Counted from the stretch's first letter, positions 10,735 to 21,360 are shown. The stretch is 64,000 nucleotides of DNA from an uncultured delta proteobacterium (GCA_963817385.1 CAWFOM010000006.1:1-64000); one strand, 5' to 3'. The notes: a model not told the origin generated them from the letters alone. Made by a program: numbers and translations.

Positions 10735-11634
10735 CTATGCGGAAAAGAAATAATAAAACTTAGGTTCGGTGTTGAGGTCTTCCTTCAATCGAAATACTCT
10801 TTTGTTTTCTATGAGGTATCGTATTTCGCTGTTTGGATCCAACAGGTTTCCGAACTTCCTTGTCCCGGTCGGGCAGGCTTCCACGCAGGCCGGGTACCGG
10901 CCCTGACGCACCCGCTGGATGCAGAAGGTACATTTCTCTACGACATTTTTCACCCGGGGTCTGTTTCCCAGATAATGCACCTCGGTATTCACTTCCGCAG
11001 CGGGGATCTGCGGCTCCGCCCAGTTGAAAACCCGCCCTTTGTAGGGGCAGGCGGCGATGCAATACCGGCAGCCGATGCACCAGTTATAATCCACGACGAC
11101 GATGCCGTCCGGCTCCTTCCAGGTGGCCTTCACCGGGCAGACGCGCACGCAGGGGGGATTTTCACATTGCTGGCATTGAACGGGCATGTACAGGAACCCG
11201 GGTTCGGGAACGGTTTCGGGATTATAGTAATGTTCCGCATTTTCAAGGTTGATCAGGCTCCCCTTCTTGAGTCTGATAACCCGTATCCATTGCAACTGAG
11301 GGTTGACACGGGACTGGTTGTTTTCTTTCACGCAGCCGTAAACACATCTCCTGCACCCGATGCATCGTGACAGATCGAGGCCATAACCCCACAGGACGCC
11401 GGCAGCGGCCGGTTGTGTGCTGATATGGAACTCTTTGCCGTATTTCCGTAAATACTTCTCTTCGAGACGTCTGATGACCTGATTCTTCTCCTCTTGGGTC
11501 ATCTCGCGGAAGTGTTTTTGGAGGAACTCTTCCACCTGCGTCCGGGTGCACGCCAGACTTCCCAGGGAGAGGCCGGCCAAGGCGCCCATGGACATCATCT
11601 TGATAAAATCTCTTCGGGTATGACTATTTCCCAT
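10735..11634 (-). CDS. 4Fe-4S dicluster protein (DsrO/NrfC-like) with Tat signal
   Basis: TRRDFIK; CIGCRRCVYGC, CQQCENPPCVRVCP, CIGCRYCIAACP and CTFC motifs. Confidence 0.92.
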   Translation of the reverse strand: MGNSHTRRDFIKMMSMGALAGLSLGSLACTRTQVEEFLQKHFREMTQEEKNQVIRRLEEKYLRKYGKEFHISTQPAAAGVLWGYGLDLSRCIGCRRCVYGCVKENNQSRVNPQLQWIRVIRLKKGSLINLENAEHYYNPETVPEPGFLYMPVQCQQCENPPCVRVCPVKATWKEPDGIVVVDYNWCIGCRYCIAACPYKGRVFNWAEPQIPAAEVNTEVHYLGNRPRVKNVVEKCTFCIQRVRQGRYPACVEACPTGTRKFGNLLDPNSEIRYLIENKRVFRLKEDLNTEPKFYYFFSA

Positions 11635-12148
11635 GCTGTAATTCCGGCCTTATCGGCGGCGGTTCCGGTTTCAGGGGTTTAAATTTGGGGTCGTGAGGGT
11701 TGTGACAACTTACGCAAAGGAAGTATGTCCGCTTCCCTTTCTCGAAGTAGCCCACCCTTTTCCCGTGAATCCCGGCCTTCCAGTCGCGGTATATATTGCC
11801 GTGGCACTGACCGCAAAGCCGGTATGATTCGGTAAAATCGATGGTTTCCCCATCGGCAAGTTTCAGCTTGTCGCGGTTGGGGGCATTGTGGCAATCAAGG
11901 CACCACCTCTCCTGCTCCGCATGGTGCAGTTTGATGGAAGTATGCTCGTCCTTCAATTCACGTTTCTTGGTATTGATTTCCAGCCCGGCGTGACAATTAC
12001 TGCAGGGAAAGATCCCCTCGGAGAAGGGGGGCGGGGAAACGGGAAACTCGTCATGCTGGGCCGCAGAAGCCGGGAGGCAGAAGCTGATTGCTACCAACGA
12101 GAGAAAAAGCAGTATCCGTTTCATGGGTAACGCCTGCCCGTTTTCCAA
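11624..12148 (-). CDS. Periplasmic tetraheme cytochrome c
   Basis: Signal peptide; CSNCH, CLDCH, CGQCH and CVSCH. Confidence 0.88.
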   Translation of the reverse strand: MENGQALPMKRILLFLSLVAISFCLPASAAQHDEFPVSPPPFSEGIFPCSNCHAGLEINTKKRELKDEHTSIKLHHAEQERWCLDCHNAPNRDKLKLADGETIDFTESYRLCGQCHGNIYRDWKAGIHGKRVGYFEKGKRTYFLCVSCHNPHDPKFKPLKPEPPPIRPELQHGK

Positions 12149-12360
12149 TGCTAAAAGATTTCCGCGTATAATCAGGAAACCGGCTCCCTCCGGCTGCCGT
12201 GAAGGCGCTCCGACCGGTTGGGCGACCTCAATAACTTACATATCGTGGTATGACGAAAACAGATTGTACATGCGGGAGAATACGAAGATCAGCGGGGGAT
12301 GTCAACAAGTTTCTACCAAAATAGGCGTGTATCAGGATGGGGTGTTCCCGGGTGGGAAGT

Positions 12361-13659
12361 TCATGGGAAAAGGGGGATGCCCAGGTGTTTGCGCCGGGTC
12401 TCGCCATAGAGCAGCGTCTGCTCGCGGACGGTGGGGGCCCCCCGGCGGCCTTGGCCCAGTACCTCGATGAAGTGTGAGCCGCCCAGGTGGAGGGTGTGCT
12501 TCCCGTATTTGCCGGAGAGGGCGTCGACGGCCTCGTAGAGCTCCCGGATCTTCTCCGCCCGGAGAGGATCCTCGAAGAGGGAGTACTGGATCCGGGCGTC
12601 GAGGACGAGGTCGATCAGGACGACGCCGGTCGCGCGGTAAAGATCGTGGCGCCGGTACATCTCATTGAACAGGCCCCGGAGGAGGTTGGCCAGCTCCAGC
12701 GGATGGGCCGAGGGGCGGTTGAGTTTCGCTTCCCGGCCCGCCGTGTCGAAGTTCTGCTTCTTCAGAAAGACGGCGATCTTCCGGGGGGCGAGGCCGTAAC
12801 GACGCGCCTTGATGCAGGCCGACTCCAGGTTCCTCAGCAGGTGGGCGAAGAGATACTCCCTCTCGGCGGTCGGCGGGGCGAAGGTCTTCGTCTTGCTGAT
12901 GGAAGCGTAGCTGCTCTTCTCCTCTGCGGTGACCGGGTAGACCGACTCTCCCCGAAGCTCCCTCCAGGTCTCCTCGCCGGGCTTCGTGAAGAGCTCCCGG
13001 ATCGTCCTCTCGGAAAGGCGGGCGAATTCCAGGGCGGTTGTTACCCCCATTTTCCGGAGATAATTCGTCGTGGCCGGGCCGATCCCCCAGACCTTCTCGA
13101 CGGGCAGGTCCGCCAGGTAGGAGGCGATTGCCCGACCGGGGATGACGGTGAAGCCGGCAGGTTTCCGGTGTTTGGAGGCGACCTTGGCCAGGACCTTGGT
13201 GATGCTGAGACCCGCGGAGACGGTGATTCCCAGCTCCCGGGCGATTTCCGCCTGGATCTTCAGGGCGATGGCCTCGTAGGAGGCCCTGAGCGCCCGCCTC
13301 ATTCCGGTGAGGTCGGCGAAGGCCTCGTCGATGGAATACTCCTCCACCTGGGGGGTAAAGCGGCGGATGACGTTGAACATCCGCCGGGAGAAGAGGCTGT
13401 AGGTCTCGTAGTCGGAGGGAAGGACGACAAGCGCCGGACAGATCCGCTTCGCCTCGTGGAGGGCCACCCCGCGCCTGACCCCCAGGGCCTTGGCCGCGTA
13501 GCTTGCGCAGGCGACGATCCCCCGTTCGCCGCCCGTGATGATCGGCTTCCCCTTGAGATCAGGATGGATCGCCTCCTCGCAGGAGGTGAAGAAGGCGTCC
13601 CCATCGACGTGGAGGATCGCCCGCGGCCAGTTGTGGAGGGTGAAGATCGTGTCGTCCAT
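12361..13659 (-). CDS. dinB: Y-family DNA polymerase IV
   Basis: ILHVDGDAFFTSCE, SYAAKALGV, SIDEAF, LAKVAS..KP.G and VWGIG motifs. Confidence 0.92.
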   Translation of the reverse strand: MDDTIFTLHNWPRAILHVDGDAFFTSCEEAIHPDLKGKPIITGGERGIVACASYAAKALGVRRGVALHEAKRICPALVVLPSDYETYSLFSRRMFNVIRRFTPQVEEYSIDEAFADLTGMRRALRASYEAIALKIQAEIARELGITVSAGLSITKVLAKVASKHRKPAGFTVIPGRAIASYLADLPVEKVWGIGPATTNYLRKMGVTTALEFARLSERTIRELFTKPGEETWRELRGESVYPVTAEEKSSYASISKTKTFAPPTAEREYLFAHLLRNLESACIKARRYGLAPRKIAVFLKKQNFDTAGREAKLNRPSAHPLELANLLRGLFNEMYRRHDLYRATGVVLIDLVLDARIQYSLFEDPLRAEKIRELYEAVDALSGKYGKHTLHLGGSHFIEVLGQGRRGAPTVREQTLLYGETRRKHLGIPLFP

Positions 13660-13703
13660 TCCTTTTAATCCTTTCCCTCATAAAACTAAAATCCGTGATG
13701 CTC

Positions 13704-13878
13704 TGAAAATCGGTTCCCGGAAGTGCGCATTGGAGATTTTTTCGGGGCACCCTGCCTCCGGAGCGGAACGCCCGCAAAGACGACTGTTTGAGCGCGAAGC
13801 GCGAGTTTCGTCTTTGCAGCGAAGCGAAGGGTGCAGGGTCGAAAAAAGATCCCGCGCGCGGAGGGATCACGGTTTTCA
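13704..13878. repeat. Long imperfect palindrome (MITE/REP-like element)
   Basis: Nested inverted repeats: GCACCCT 13747-13753 / AGGGTGC 13828-13834; GCAAAGACGA 13774-13783 / TCGTCTTTGC 13808-13817; outer TGAAAA/TTTTCA. Confidence 0.7.
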
Positions 13879-13898
13879 AGGCGCTCGCAACAAAACTC

Positions 13899-13948
13899 TT
13901 GCATTCCCCTTGTCATTAGGTATAATAGAACCATCGTTCTATTGTCAA
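13899..13948. promoter_or_regulatory. Overlapping divergent sigma70 promoters with GAAC-N4-GTTC operator (putative SOS box)
   Basis: Plus strand TTGCAT-N16-TATAAT (13899-13926); minus strand TTGACA at 13948-13943; palindrome AATAGAAC-CATC-GTTCTATT at 13924-13943. Confidence 0.65.
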
Positions 13949-14078
13949 GGGATTTTTCAGCGCCGGGGGTGTTTCGGAAAAAGTCGGTCAAGTCGTCATT
14001 GACAGGACGGCAGAAAAAGGGTTAATTGAGCGCCGGTATGGGGAATTTCCCGCCCGGATCGCCCGGATTGCCCAAAGA

Positions 14079-14558
14079 TTGAATGAACAGAGGTGTCTTC
14101 TGAACGCGAAATTCATCAAGCTGGCGGCCACAGGCTTCGGGAGCGGGTACGCGCCCCTGGCACCGGGGACGGCGGGAACGCTGGTCGGCATCCCCCTGTA
14201 TTGGGTCTTTTCGGCCATGTCCTGGCCGCTCTGGCTGATCACGGTCGCAGCCTTCACCTGCCTTGCCTGGTATGTTGCCGAGGAGGCGGAAACGCTTTTC
14301 GGCCGGAAGGATGCACCGTGCATCGTGATCGACGAGATCGCGGGCCTGCAGTGGACCCTCTTTCTGATTGAGCCGACGGTGCTCCACGCGGTCCTGGGGT
14401 TCATTCTTTTTCGCCTCTTCGATATCGTGAAGCCCTTTCCGGCGCGGCTCTTTCAGGAGCGGCTGCCCGGCGGCTACGGGGTGGTGGCGGATGATCTGGC
14501 GGCAGCCGTCTACGGCAATCTGCTCCTGCAGCTCCTGATGCGGTTCGGGGGGATATGA
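14079..14558 (+). CDS. pgpA: Phosphatidylglycerophosphatase A
   Basis: ATGFGSG..P.APGT.GT, IVIDEIAG, FRLFDIVKP.P and GVVADD motifs. Confidence 0.92.
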   Translation: MNEQRCLLNAKFIKLAATGFGSGYAPLAPGTAGTLVGIPLYWVFSAMSWPLWLITVAAFTCLAWYVAEEAETLFGRKDAPCIVIDEIAGLQWTLFLIEPTVLHAVLGFILFRLFDIVKPFPARLFQERLPGGYGVVADDLAAAVYGNLLLQLLMRFGGI

Positions 14559-14617
14559 CAACACGGTACCCGCCTTTCGGTTTTCGGCCGGGGCGGTCGG
14601 GTGAGAAGGAAAGAACG

Positions 14618-15877
14618 ATGAGAATAGGGATATTGACGATCGGAAATGAGTTGACAAGCGGCAGGATTCAGGATACCAACTCCGCCCTCATCTCCCGCGC
14701 TATGCAGGCGCAGGGCTGGCCGGTGGCGGCGATGCTCTCCGTGGGTGATGATGACGGCGCCATCCATGACGCCCTCGACTATCTCCTGGCGCGCGCCGGG
14801 GCGGTGATCGCGACCGGGGGTCTCGGCCCCACCGCCGACGACATCACGACCGCGGCCATTGCCCGGGCCTTCGGCCTCGGACTCCGCACGGATGATGCCG
14901 TTTACGCTCATGTCCGCGCCCTGTTCGAGAAGCGCCGGCTTCCCTGGACGGAAAACAACGCCAAGCAGGCCGTATTCCCGGAAGGGGCGGAGATCATCGC
15001 GAATCCGACCGGGACGGCGGCGGGGTTCGCCGTGCGGCGCGAAGGGAGGATCGTCGCGGTGATCCCCGGAGTCCCCGCCGAGGCCCGCCGGATGCTTCCG
15101 GAAGGGGTGATCCCTCTTCTCCGGAAGGCGTTTCCGGAGGCGGCGCTCCAGGTGGAGACGTCCACTTTCAAGCTCTTCGGGATCCCCGAGGCGGCGGTGG
15201 ACGCGGCGATGGCCGATGCGGATCTTGCCGGTCTCGGAGTCGGTATCGGCTTCTATCCGAATTTCCCGGAAAACCATATCGTCCTGACGGCGCGCACCGC
15301 ATCGGCGGCTGAGGCCGGGGAAAAGCTCCGGGCGGCGGGCGCCCTCGTCGAAGCGAGGCTCGGGAAGCACATCTTCGCCCGGGGCGACGAGACGCTCGAA
15401 CGGATCGTCGCCGACCTCCTCACGGAGAGGCATCTCACGCTCGCCGTGGCGGAATCCTGTACGGGAGGGCTGATCACGGACCGCCTTACCGACGTCCCGG
15501 GCAGTTCGGCCTTTCTCGAACAGGGGGTGGTGACGTACAGTAACGCCGCCAAGATCGCCCTCCTGGGTGTTGACGAGGCGGTGATCCGGGAGCACGGGGC
15601 GGTGAGCGCCGAGACGGCGCGCCTCATGGCCGAGGGGGTGCGGCGTCTGGCCGCAACCGATCTGGGGCTGGCCGTGACGGGGATCGCGGGTCCCTCCGGC
15701 GGGACGGAGGCGAAGCCGGTGGGGACCGTCCATATCGCCCTTGCCGACGGCGGGACGACCCTCTGCCGCCATTACGCCCTCCGCTGGGAGCGGCGGAGGA
15801 ACAAGGTCGCGGCCTCCCAGGCGGCCCTCCTGATGCTCAGGCGGCACCTGATGGGAGAGGAATCCGCTGATGGATGA
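14618..15877 (+). CDS. cinA: Competence/damage-inducible protein A (NMN deamidase)
   Basis: IGNELTSG...DTN, GGLGPT.DDIT, AESCTGG and TGIAGPSGG motifs. Confidence 0.93.
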   Translation: MRIGILTIGNELTSGRIQDTNSALISRAMQAQGWPVAAMLSVGDDDGAIHDALDYLLARAGAVIATGGLGPTADDITTAAIARAFGLGLRTDDAVYAHVRALFEKRRLPWTENNAKQAVFPEGAEIIANPTGTAAGFAVRREGRIVAVIPGVPAEARRMLPEGVIPLLRKAFPEAALQVETSTFKLFGIPEAAVDAAMADADLAGLGVGIGFYPNFPENHIVLTARTASAAEAGEKLRAAGALVEARLGKHIFARGDETLERIVADLLTERHLTLAVAESCTGGLITDRLTDVPGSSAFLEQGVVTYSNAAKIALLGVDEAVIREHGAVSAETARLMAEGVRRLAATDLGLAVTGIAGPSGGTEAKPVGTVHIALADGGTTLCRHYALRWERRRNKVAASQAALLMLRRHLMGEESADG

Positions 15878-16458
15878 AAAAACGATCCGCTGCTTCCTGG
15901 CCATCGATCCGCCCGAGGAGATCCTCCGGGAGATCGGGAGGATTCAGGAGCGCCTGCAGCGGATGATCCGGGGAGAGGTCCGCTGGGTCCGGCCGGAGGC
16001 GATCCATCTGACGCTGAAGTTCTTCGGTGATATCGCCGAAAACGCGATCGCGGATATCGCGACGGTCGTGGATGAAGCCGCGGCGGGGGCCAGGCGCCGT
16101 TAACGCTTTCGATCGGCGGGGCAGGGGTTTTCCCCGACCAGCGCCGGCCCCGGGTCCTCTGGCTCGGGATGGATGGCGATGTGCCGCGGCTCCTGCGACT
16201 TCCAGCAGGAGCTCGAAGGCGGACTCGCGAAGGTCGGTTTTCCGACGGAGGAGCGGCCCTTCCGACCCCATCTCACACTGGCGCGGATCAGAGTCCCCGC
16301 GGGGCCTGACCGGTCTGGAACAGGCGCTGGAAAAGGGGGAGGGGTATGCGGCGGGGCAGTTTATCGGCCGCCGGAATCGGGCTCATCCGGAGCGAACTGA
16401 CGCCCCGCGGGGCCGTCTACACGAAGCTCAAATGGTTCCCCTTTGCGGGGGAGAATGA
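15870..16458 (+). pseudogene. thpR: RNA 2',3'-cyclic phosphodiesterase (2'-5' RNA ligase family), frameshifted
   Basis: Two 2H motifs (HLTLKF; FRPHLTLAR) lie in different frames; conserved position between cinA and recA. The shifts may be sequencing errors. Confidence 0.8.
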
Positions 16459-16530
16459 GGAGGTAAGGCCGGAAGGCAGGTAATGGGATCAACACAGACA
16501 AAACCACGGACGGGGGTACGGGAGGTGGCT

Positions 16531-17556
16531 ATGGGAACGGATACGGAACGCGAGAAGGCAGTCGATCTGGCGATCACCCAGATTGAGCGGCAGTTTGGAA
16601 AAGGATCGATCATGCGGCTGGGCAGCGCGGAGGTGATCTCCGATATTGCAGCGATCTCCACCGGGTCGATCAGCCTCGACATGGCGCTCGGGACGGGCGG
16701 GGTGCCCCGCGGGCGGATCATCGAGATCTTCGGACCCGAGTCGGGCGGGAAGACCACGCTTGCCCTCCACATCGTGGCGGAGGCGCAGAAGCAAAACGGG
16801 CTCGCCGCCTTCATCGATGCCGAACACGCCCTGGATGTGACCTATGCGCGGAAGATCGGCGTCAATACGGACGATCTCCTCATCTCCCAGCCGGACACGG
16901 GAGAGCAGGCGCTCGAGATCGCCGAGACCCTCGTTCGGAGCGGGGCGCTGGACGTCCTCGTCGTCGACTCGGTGGCCGCCCTTGTCCCCAAGGCCGAGAT
17001 CGAGGGAGAGATGGGGGATGCCCAGATGGGCCTCCAGGCGCGCCTGATGTCCCAGGCCCTCCGGAAACTGACGGGGAGCATCAGCAAATCGAAGACCACC
17101 GTGATCTTCATCAACCAACTCAGGATGAAGATCGGCGTCTTCTTCGGGAATCCCGAGACGACGACCGGCGGGAATGCGCTCAAATTCTACTCGACGATGC
17201 GCCTCGACATCCGGAAGGTGAACGCCATCAAGCTGGGCCAGGATGTGATCGGCTTCAGGACCAAGGTCAAGGTTGTCAAGAACAAGGTCGCCCCTCCCTT
17301 CCGTGAGACGGAATTCGACATCATCTTCGGCGAGGGGATCTCGAAGGAGGGTGACGTCCTCGATCTGGCGGCGGACAAGGGGATCATCGAGAAGAGCGGC
17401 GCCTGGTATTCCTACAAGGGAGAGCGTCTCGGCCAGGGCCGCGACAACACAAGAATCTTTCTGAAGGAAAATTCCGACATCCTGGCGCAGGTCGAGGCGG
17501 AGGTCCGCGAGAAGCTCGGATTGAAGCCGAAGGCGGCCCCGGTCAAGGAAGAGTAG
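16531..17556 (+). CDS. recA: Recombinase A
   Basis: [28 protein letters not shown] and [11 protein letters not shown] motifs; RBS GGAGG before ATG 16531. Confidence 0.98.
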   Translation: MGTDTEREKAVDLAITQIERQFGKGSIMRLGSAEVISDIAAISTGSISLDMALGTGGVPRGRIIEIFGPESGGKTTLALHIVAEAQKQNGLAAFIDAEHALDVTYARKIGVNTDDLLISQPDTGEQALEIAETLVRSGALDVLVVDSVAALVPKAEIEGEMGDAQMGLQARLMSQALRKLTGSISKSKTTVIFINQLRMKIGVFFGNPETTTGGNALKFYSTMRLDIRKVNAIKLGQDVIGFRTKVKVVKNKVAPPFRETEFDIIFGEGISKEGDVLDLAADKGIIEKSGAWYSYKGERLGQGRDNTRIFLKENSDILAQVEAEVREKLGLKPKAAPVKEE

Positions 17557-17561
17557 CGCCG

Positions 17562-18062
17562 ATGGATGGCGAGCATCTGCGGGAGAAGGCGGAAAAAAAG
17601 GCATACCGTCTTCTCGCCCTGCGGGCGCACAGTGAACAGGAGTTGAGTGCAAAACTCCGGCAGGGCGGTTTCCCGGAGCCGGTTATCGCCGGGGTTGTCG
17701 GGAAGTGCCGGGAACTCGGCTACCTCAATGACGGGGCCTTCGCGAAACAGCGGGCGCGGGAGCTGGCCGTCAACCGCCTCCTGGGGGATCGCCGGATAGC
17801 ACTTGATCTCCGCGGGAAGGGGATCCCCGAGGAGTTCTCGCAACAGGCGATAGCGGAGATCCGCGGGGAGATCGGCGAGGAGGAGGCGATCGATCGTCTC
17901 CTCCGGAAGAAGGCGCGCGGCCGCGTGTCCGCCGAGAGGGACGGGAAAGAAACGGCACGGATGGCACGAAGCCTGTTGGGGAAGGGATTCCCCCCGGGCT
18001 TGATTTTTAGGAAATTGAAAGGACTGAAGGAGGAGCGGTTTCATGGCGATGACGGGGAGTGA
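17562..18062 (+). CDS. recX: Regulatory protein RecX
   Basis: [15 protein letters not shown] and GYLNDGAFA motifs; directly after recA. Confidence 0.9.
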   Translation: MDGEHLREKAEKKAYRLLALRAHSEQELSAKLRQGGFPEPVIAGVVGKCRELGYLNDGAFAKQRARELAVNRLLGDRRIALDLRGKGIPEEFSQQAIAEIRGEIGEEEAIDRLLRKKARGRVSAERDGKETARMARSLLGKGFPPGLIFRKLKGLKEERFHGDDGE

Positions 18063-20714
18063 GATCAGGGAGAGTTTCTTGAAATTTTTCGAGGGAAAGG
18101 GTCATACGCGGGTGGCGAGTTCCTCCCTGGTCCCGAAGGACGATCCGACGCTCCTTTTTACCAATTCGGGGATGGTGCAGTTCAAGAACTGCTTTCTCGG
18201 CCTGGAGGACCGGGGGTACCGGCGGGCGGTGAGCTCTCAGAAGAGCGTCCGGGCGGGGGGGAAGCACAACGATCTGGAGAACGTGGGGGTCACCGCGCGT
18301 CATCATACTTTTTTCGAGATGCTGGGGAATTTCTCCTTCGGGGATTACTTCAAAAAGGAGGCGATCGCCTGGGCGTGGGAGTACCTGACCGAGGTGGTGA
18401 GGCTGCCGAAGGAAAGGCTCTGGATCACGATCTACAAGGACGATGACGAGGCCTTCCGGATCTGGCACGACGAGATGAAGGTTCCGGCGGAGCGGATCGT
18501 CCGGATGGGGGAGAAGAGCAACTTCTGGATGATGGGGGAGACGGGCCCCTGCGGCCCCTGCTCCGAGATCCTGTTCGATCAGGGGGTGGGCACGGGCTGC
18601 GGAAAGCCCTCCTGCAACGTGGAGTGCGAATGCGACCGCCACCTCGAGATCTGGAACCTCGTCTTCACCCAGTTCGACCGGGACGTTGCCGGGAAGCTCA
18701 CCCCTCTGCCGAAGCCGAACATCGACACGGGGATGGGGCTGGAACGCCTGGCCGCCGTCATCCAGGGGGTGACGAGCAATTACGACTCCGACCTCTTCAC
18801 CGGGATCATCCGATTCATCGAGAAGATCAGCAGCCGGACCTACGGGAAAAACGGGGAGGACGATGTCTCCATCCGCGTCATCGCCGACCACTCCCGCGCC
18901 ATCACGTTCCTCATCGGCGACGGCATTCTTCCGAGCAACGAAGGGCGCGGCTATGTCCTCCGGCGGATCCTCCGGAGGGCGGCGCGCCACGGGAAGCTCC
19001 TCGGCATGAACCGGCCCTTCCTCCACGAAGTGGCCGGCGTCGTCATCGACCAGATGAAGGATGCTTATCCCGACCTCGTCGAGCACGCTTCTTTTATCAA
19101 AAAGGTCATATTGAATGAAGAAGAGCGTTTCATAGACACCCTCGACGCGGGCCTCCGGATCCTCCAGGAAGAGGTGGCGGCCCTGAAGGGGGCGGGCGGG
19201 CAGGTGATTCCGGGCGAGATCGTCTTCAAGCTCTACGACACCTTCGGCTTCCCCACCGACCTGACGGCCGATATCGTCCGGAAGGACGGGCTTAGCCTCG
19301 ACATGGAGGGGTTCGAGCGGGCGATGGCGGGGCAACGGGAGAAGGCGCGGGAGTCCTGGAAGGGGAGCGGCGAGGAGGCGATTTCCGAAATCTACCACCG
19401 CCTCTCCGTCGAGGGGATCGCCACGGAGTTTGTCGGGTACGAGGGGGTGACGGCGGGGAGTTCGCAGGTGACTGGCCATCCGAAAAGACGGCCAACTCGT
19501 CGACAAGATCGTGGAAGGGGACGAGGCGGAGATCATCGTTGCCAGGACCCCCTTCTACGGGGAGACCGGCGGCCAGGTCGGCGATACCGGCGTAATCTAG
19601 TCGAACCGAGTCCCAGCCCGTTCAGTCGTCTTCAATGTGACGGATACGAAAAGACCCCTCGACAATCTGATCATCCATGTCGGCAGACTCACCGGCGGGA
19701 AGCTCCACAAGGGGGATGCGGTCGATCTGAAGGTGGTCGACGAGAGCCGCAGAGCCACCGAGGCGAACCACTCCGGGACCCATCTCCTCCAGGCCGCCCT
19801 GAAGAAGGTCCTCGGCGAACACGTCAAGCAGTCCGGCTCCTTGGTGAACGCCGAGAGGCTCCGGTTCGACTTCACCCATTTTTCGAAAATCACCGAGGAG
19901 GAGCTGGCGCTCGTCGAGGATGAGGCGAACCGGATGATCCGGATGAACTGCCCCGTCGAGACCAGAGGTCCTCCCCCTTACCGAGGCGGTGAAAACGGGG
20001 GCCACGGCGGTCTTCGACGAGCGGTACGGGGAGACGGTCCGCGTCGTCGGAATGGGCGAGTGCAGCCGGGAGCTCTGCGGGGGGACCCATGTGACCAGGA
20101 CGGGCGACATCGGATTTCTGAAGATCGTCCATGAATCGGCCGTGGCCGCCGGCGTCCGCCGGATCGAGGCCGTGACCGGCAGGGGCGCCGTCGCCCATGT
20201 GCGGCGGATGGAGGAGGAGCTCAGGAAGACCGCCTCTCTGTATTAAGACCAGTCTCTTGGGACATCGGAGACAGTCCGGAACGCTGGAATGGCGGAAAAG
20301 CTCCTCCGGCGCGAGCGGGAGTTGGAGCGGGAGATCGAGGCCCTCCAGGGAAAGCTGGCGGCGCGCGACTCCGGCGATCTGATGGACCGCGTCCGCACGG
20401 TCAAGGGGATCGAGGTCCTCGCGACCGTGGTCGAGGCCGCCGATGTCAAGTCGCTTCGGGACTTCGGCGACAAGCTCCGGGACCGCCTCCGCTCCGGCGT
20501 CATCCTCCTGGGGAGCCGGGCGGACGGAAAGGCGATGCTCCTGTGTCTGGTGACGAAGGATCTGACGGAGCGGTTCCATGCGGGGAAGATCATCCAGACG
20601 ATCGCCCCCATCGTCGGCGGGAAAGGCGGCGGCAGGCCCGACATGGCGCAGGCGGGCGGCCCGAAGCCGGAGAATCTGGAGCAGGCTATCGAAAAGCTCC
20701 CGGATCTCCTCTGA
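18043..20714 (+). CDS. alaS: Alanine--tRNA ligase (several apparent frameshifts and a stop, likely consensus errors)
   Basis: N-terminal [30 protein letters not shown]. The motifs [31 protein letters not shown] and [15 protein letters not shown] continue in other frames; breaks near 19480, 19600, 19975 and 20250. Confidence 0.92.
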
Positions 20715-20808
20715 GAAAAGGCGAATTCGCCCGCGAGTGCATTCCCCGCGGAACCATTGACAAAATTCGAAACTGTATATATATTGTTAGGCTGAAAGGA
20801 GATAAAAG

Positions 20809-21033
20809 ATGGCAAGATCGATGATATGCTCTCTTAAAGGCTGTGAGACTAGCATCGAAAAAGCGATTGAATTGCGAGACGCCGCTCGACTTCGCAAGAA
20901 TGACAAGCCCGACTTTCGGTGAGTGGAGTGTGGTCGTTCTGTTCGCCCTCACAATGCGGGCGGTGTCGCTTGTGCCCACTTTGAACATCTGAAGCGTAAT
21001 CCAAATTGTCGATTGAGCGATCCGACCAGATGA
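20809..21033 (+). CDS. Small putative zinc-binding protein with in-frame UGA (UxxC); selenoprotein candidate or pseudogene
   Basis: RBS AAGGAGA then ATG; MARSMICSLKGCETSIEKAIELRDAARLRKNDKPDFR-(TGA 20920-20922)-VECGRSVRPHNAGGVACAHFEHLKRNPNCRLSDPTR*. Confidence 0.6.
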
Positions 21034-21090
21034 GCTATATTTAGCAGGCGATGGTTATTCTGAGGTCAATCATTTGTACCAGATAATATT

Positions 21091-21360
21091 ATGAAATTCG
21101 AGTGGGATAGAGAAAAAGAAAAGCGAAACATCAAAAAGCACGCCATTTCTTTTGACGAAGCCGTTACTGTGTTTTATGATCCTATATCGGCAACATTCCA
21201 TGACCCAGACCACTCCATCACAGAGGATAGATTCATCACTGTTGGTTATTCACCCCAAGGACGTCTGCTCGTTGTATCGCACACTGAAAGAGGGGATGCG
21301 ATACGGATTATCAGCGCACGTCCCGCAACTATTTCGGAGAGGAAAAGACATGAAAACTAA
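21091..21360 (+). CDS. BrnT-family toxin
   Basis: MKFEWD..K...N.KKH.ISFDEA and IRIISARPAT..ER motifs. Confidence 0.9.
   Translation: MKFEWDREKEKRNIKKHAISFDEAVTVFYDPISATFHDPDHSITEDRFITVGYSPQGRLLVVSHTERGDAIRIISARPATISERKRHEN

Noticed and set aside
18043..20714. Programmed frameshifting or a genuinely split alaS
   Set aside because: Multiple irregular breaks without slippery-site patterns; assembly error is more parsimonious.
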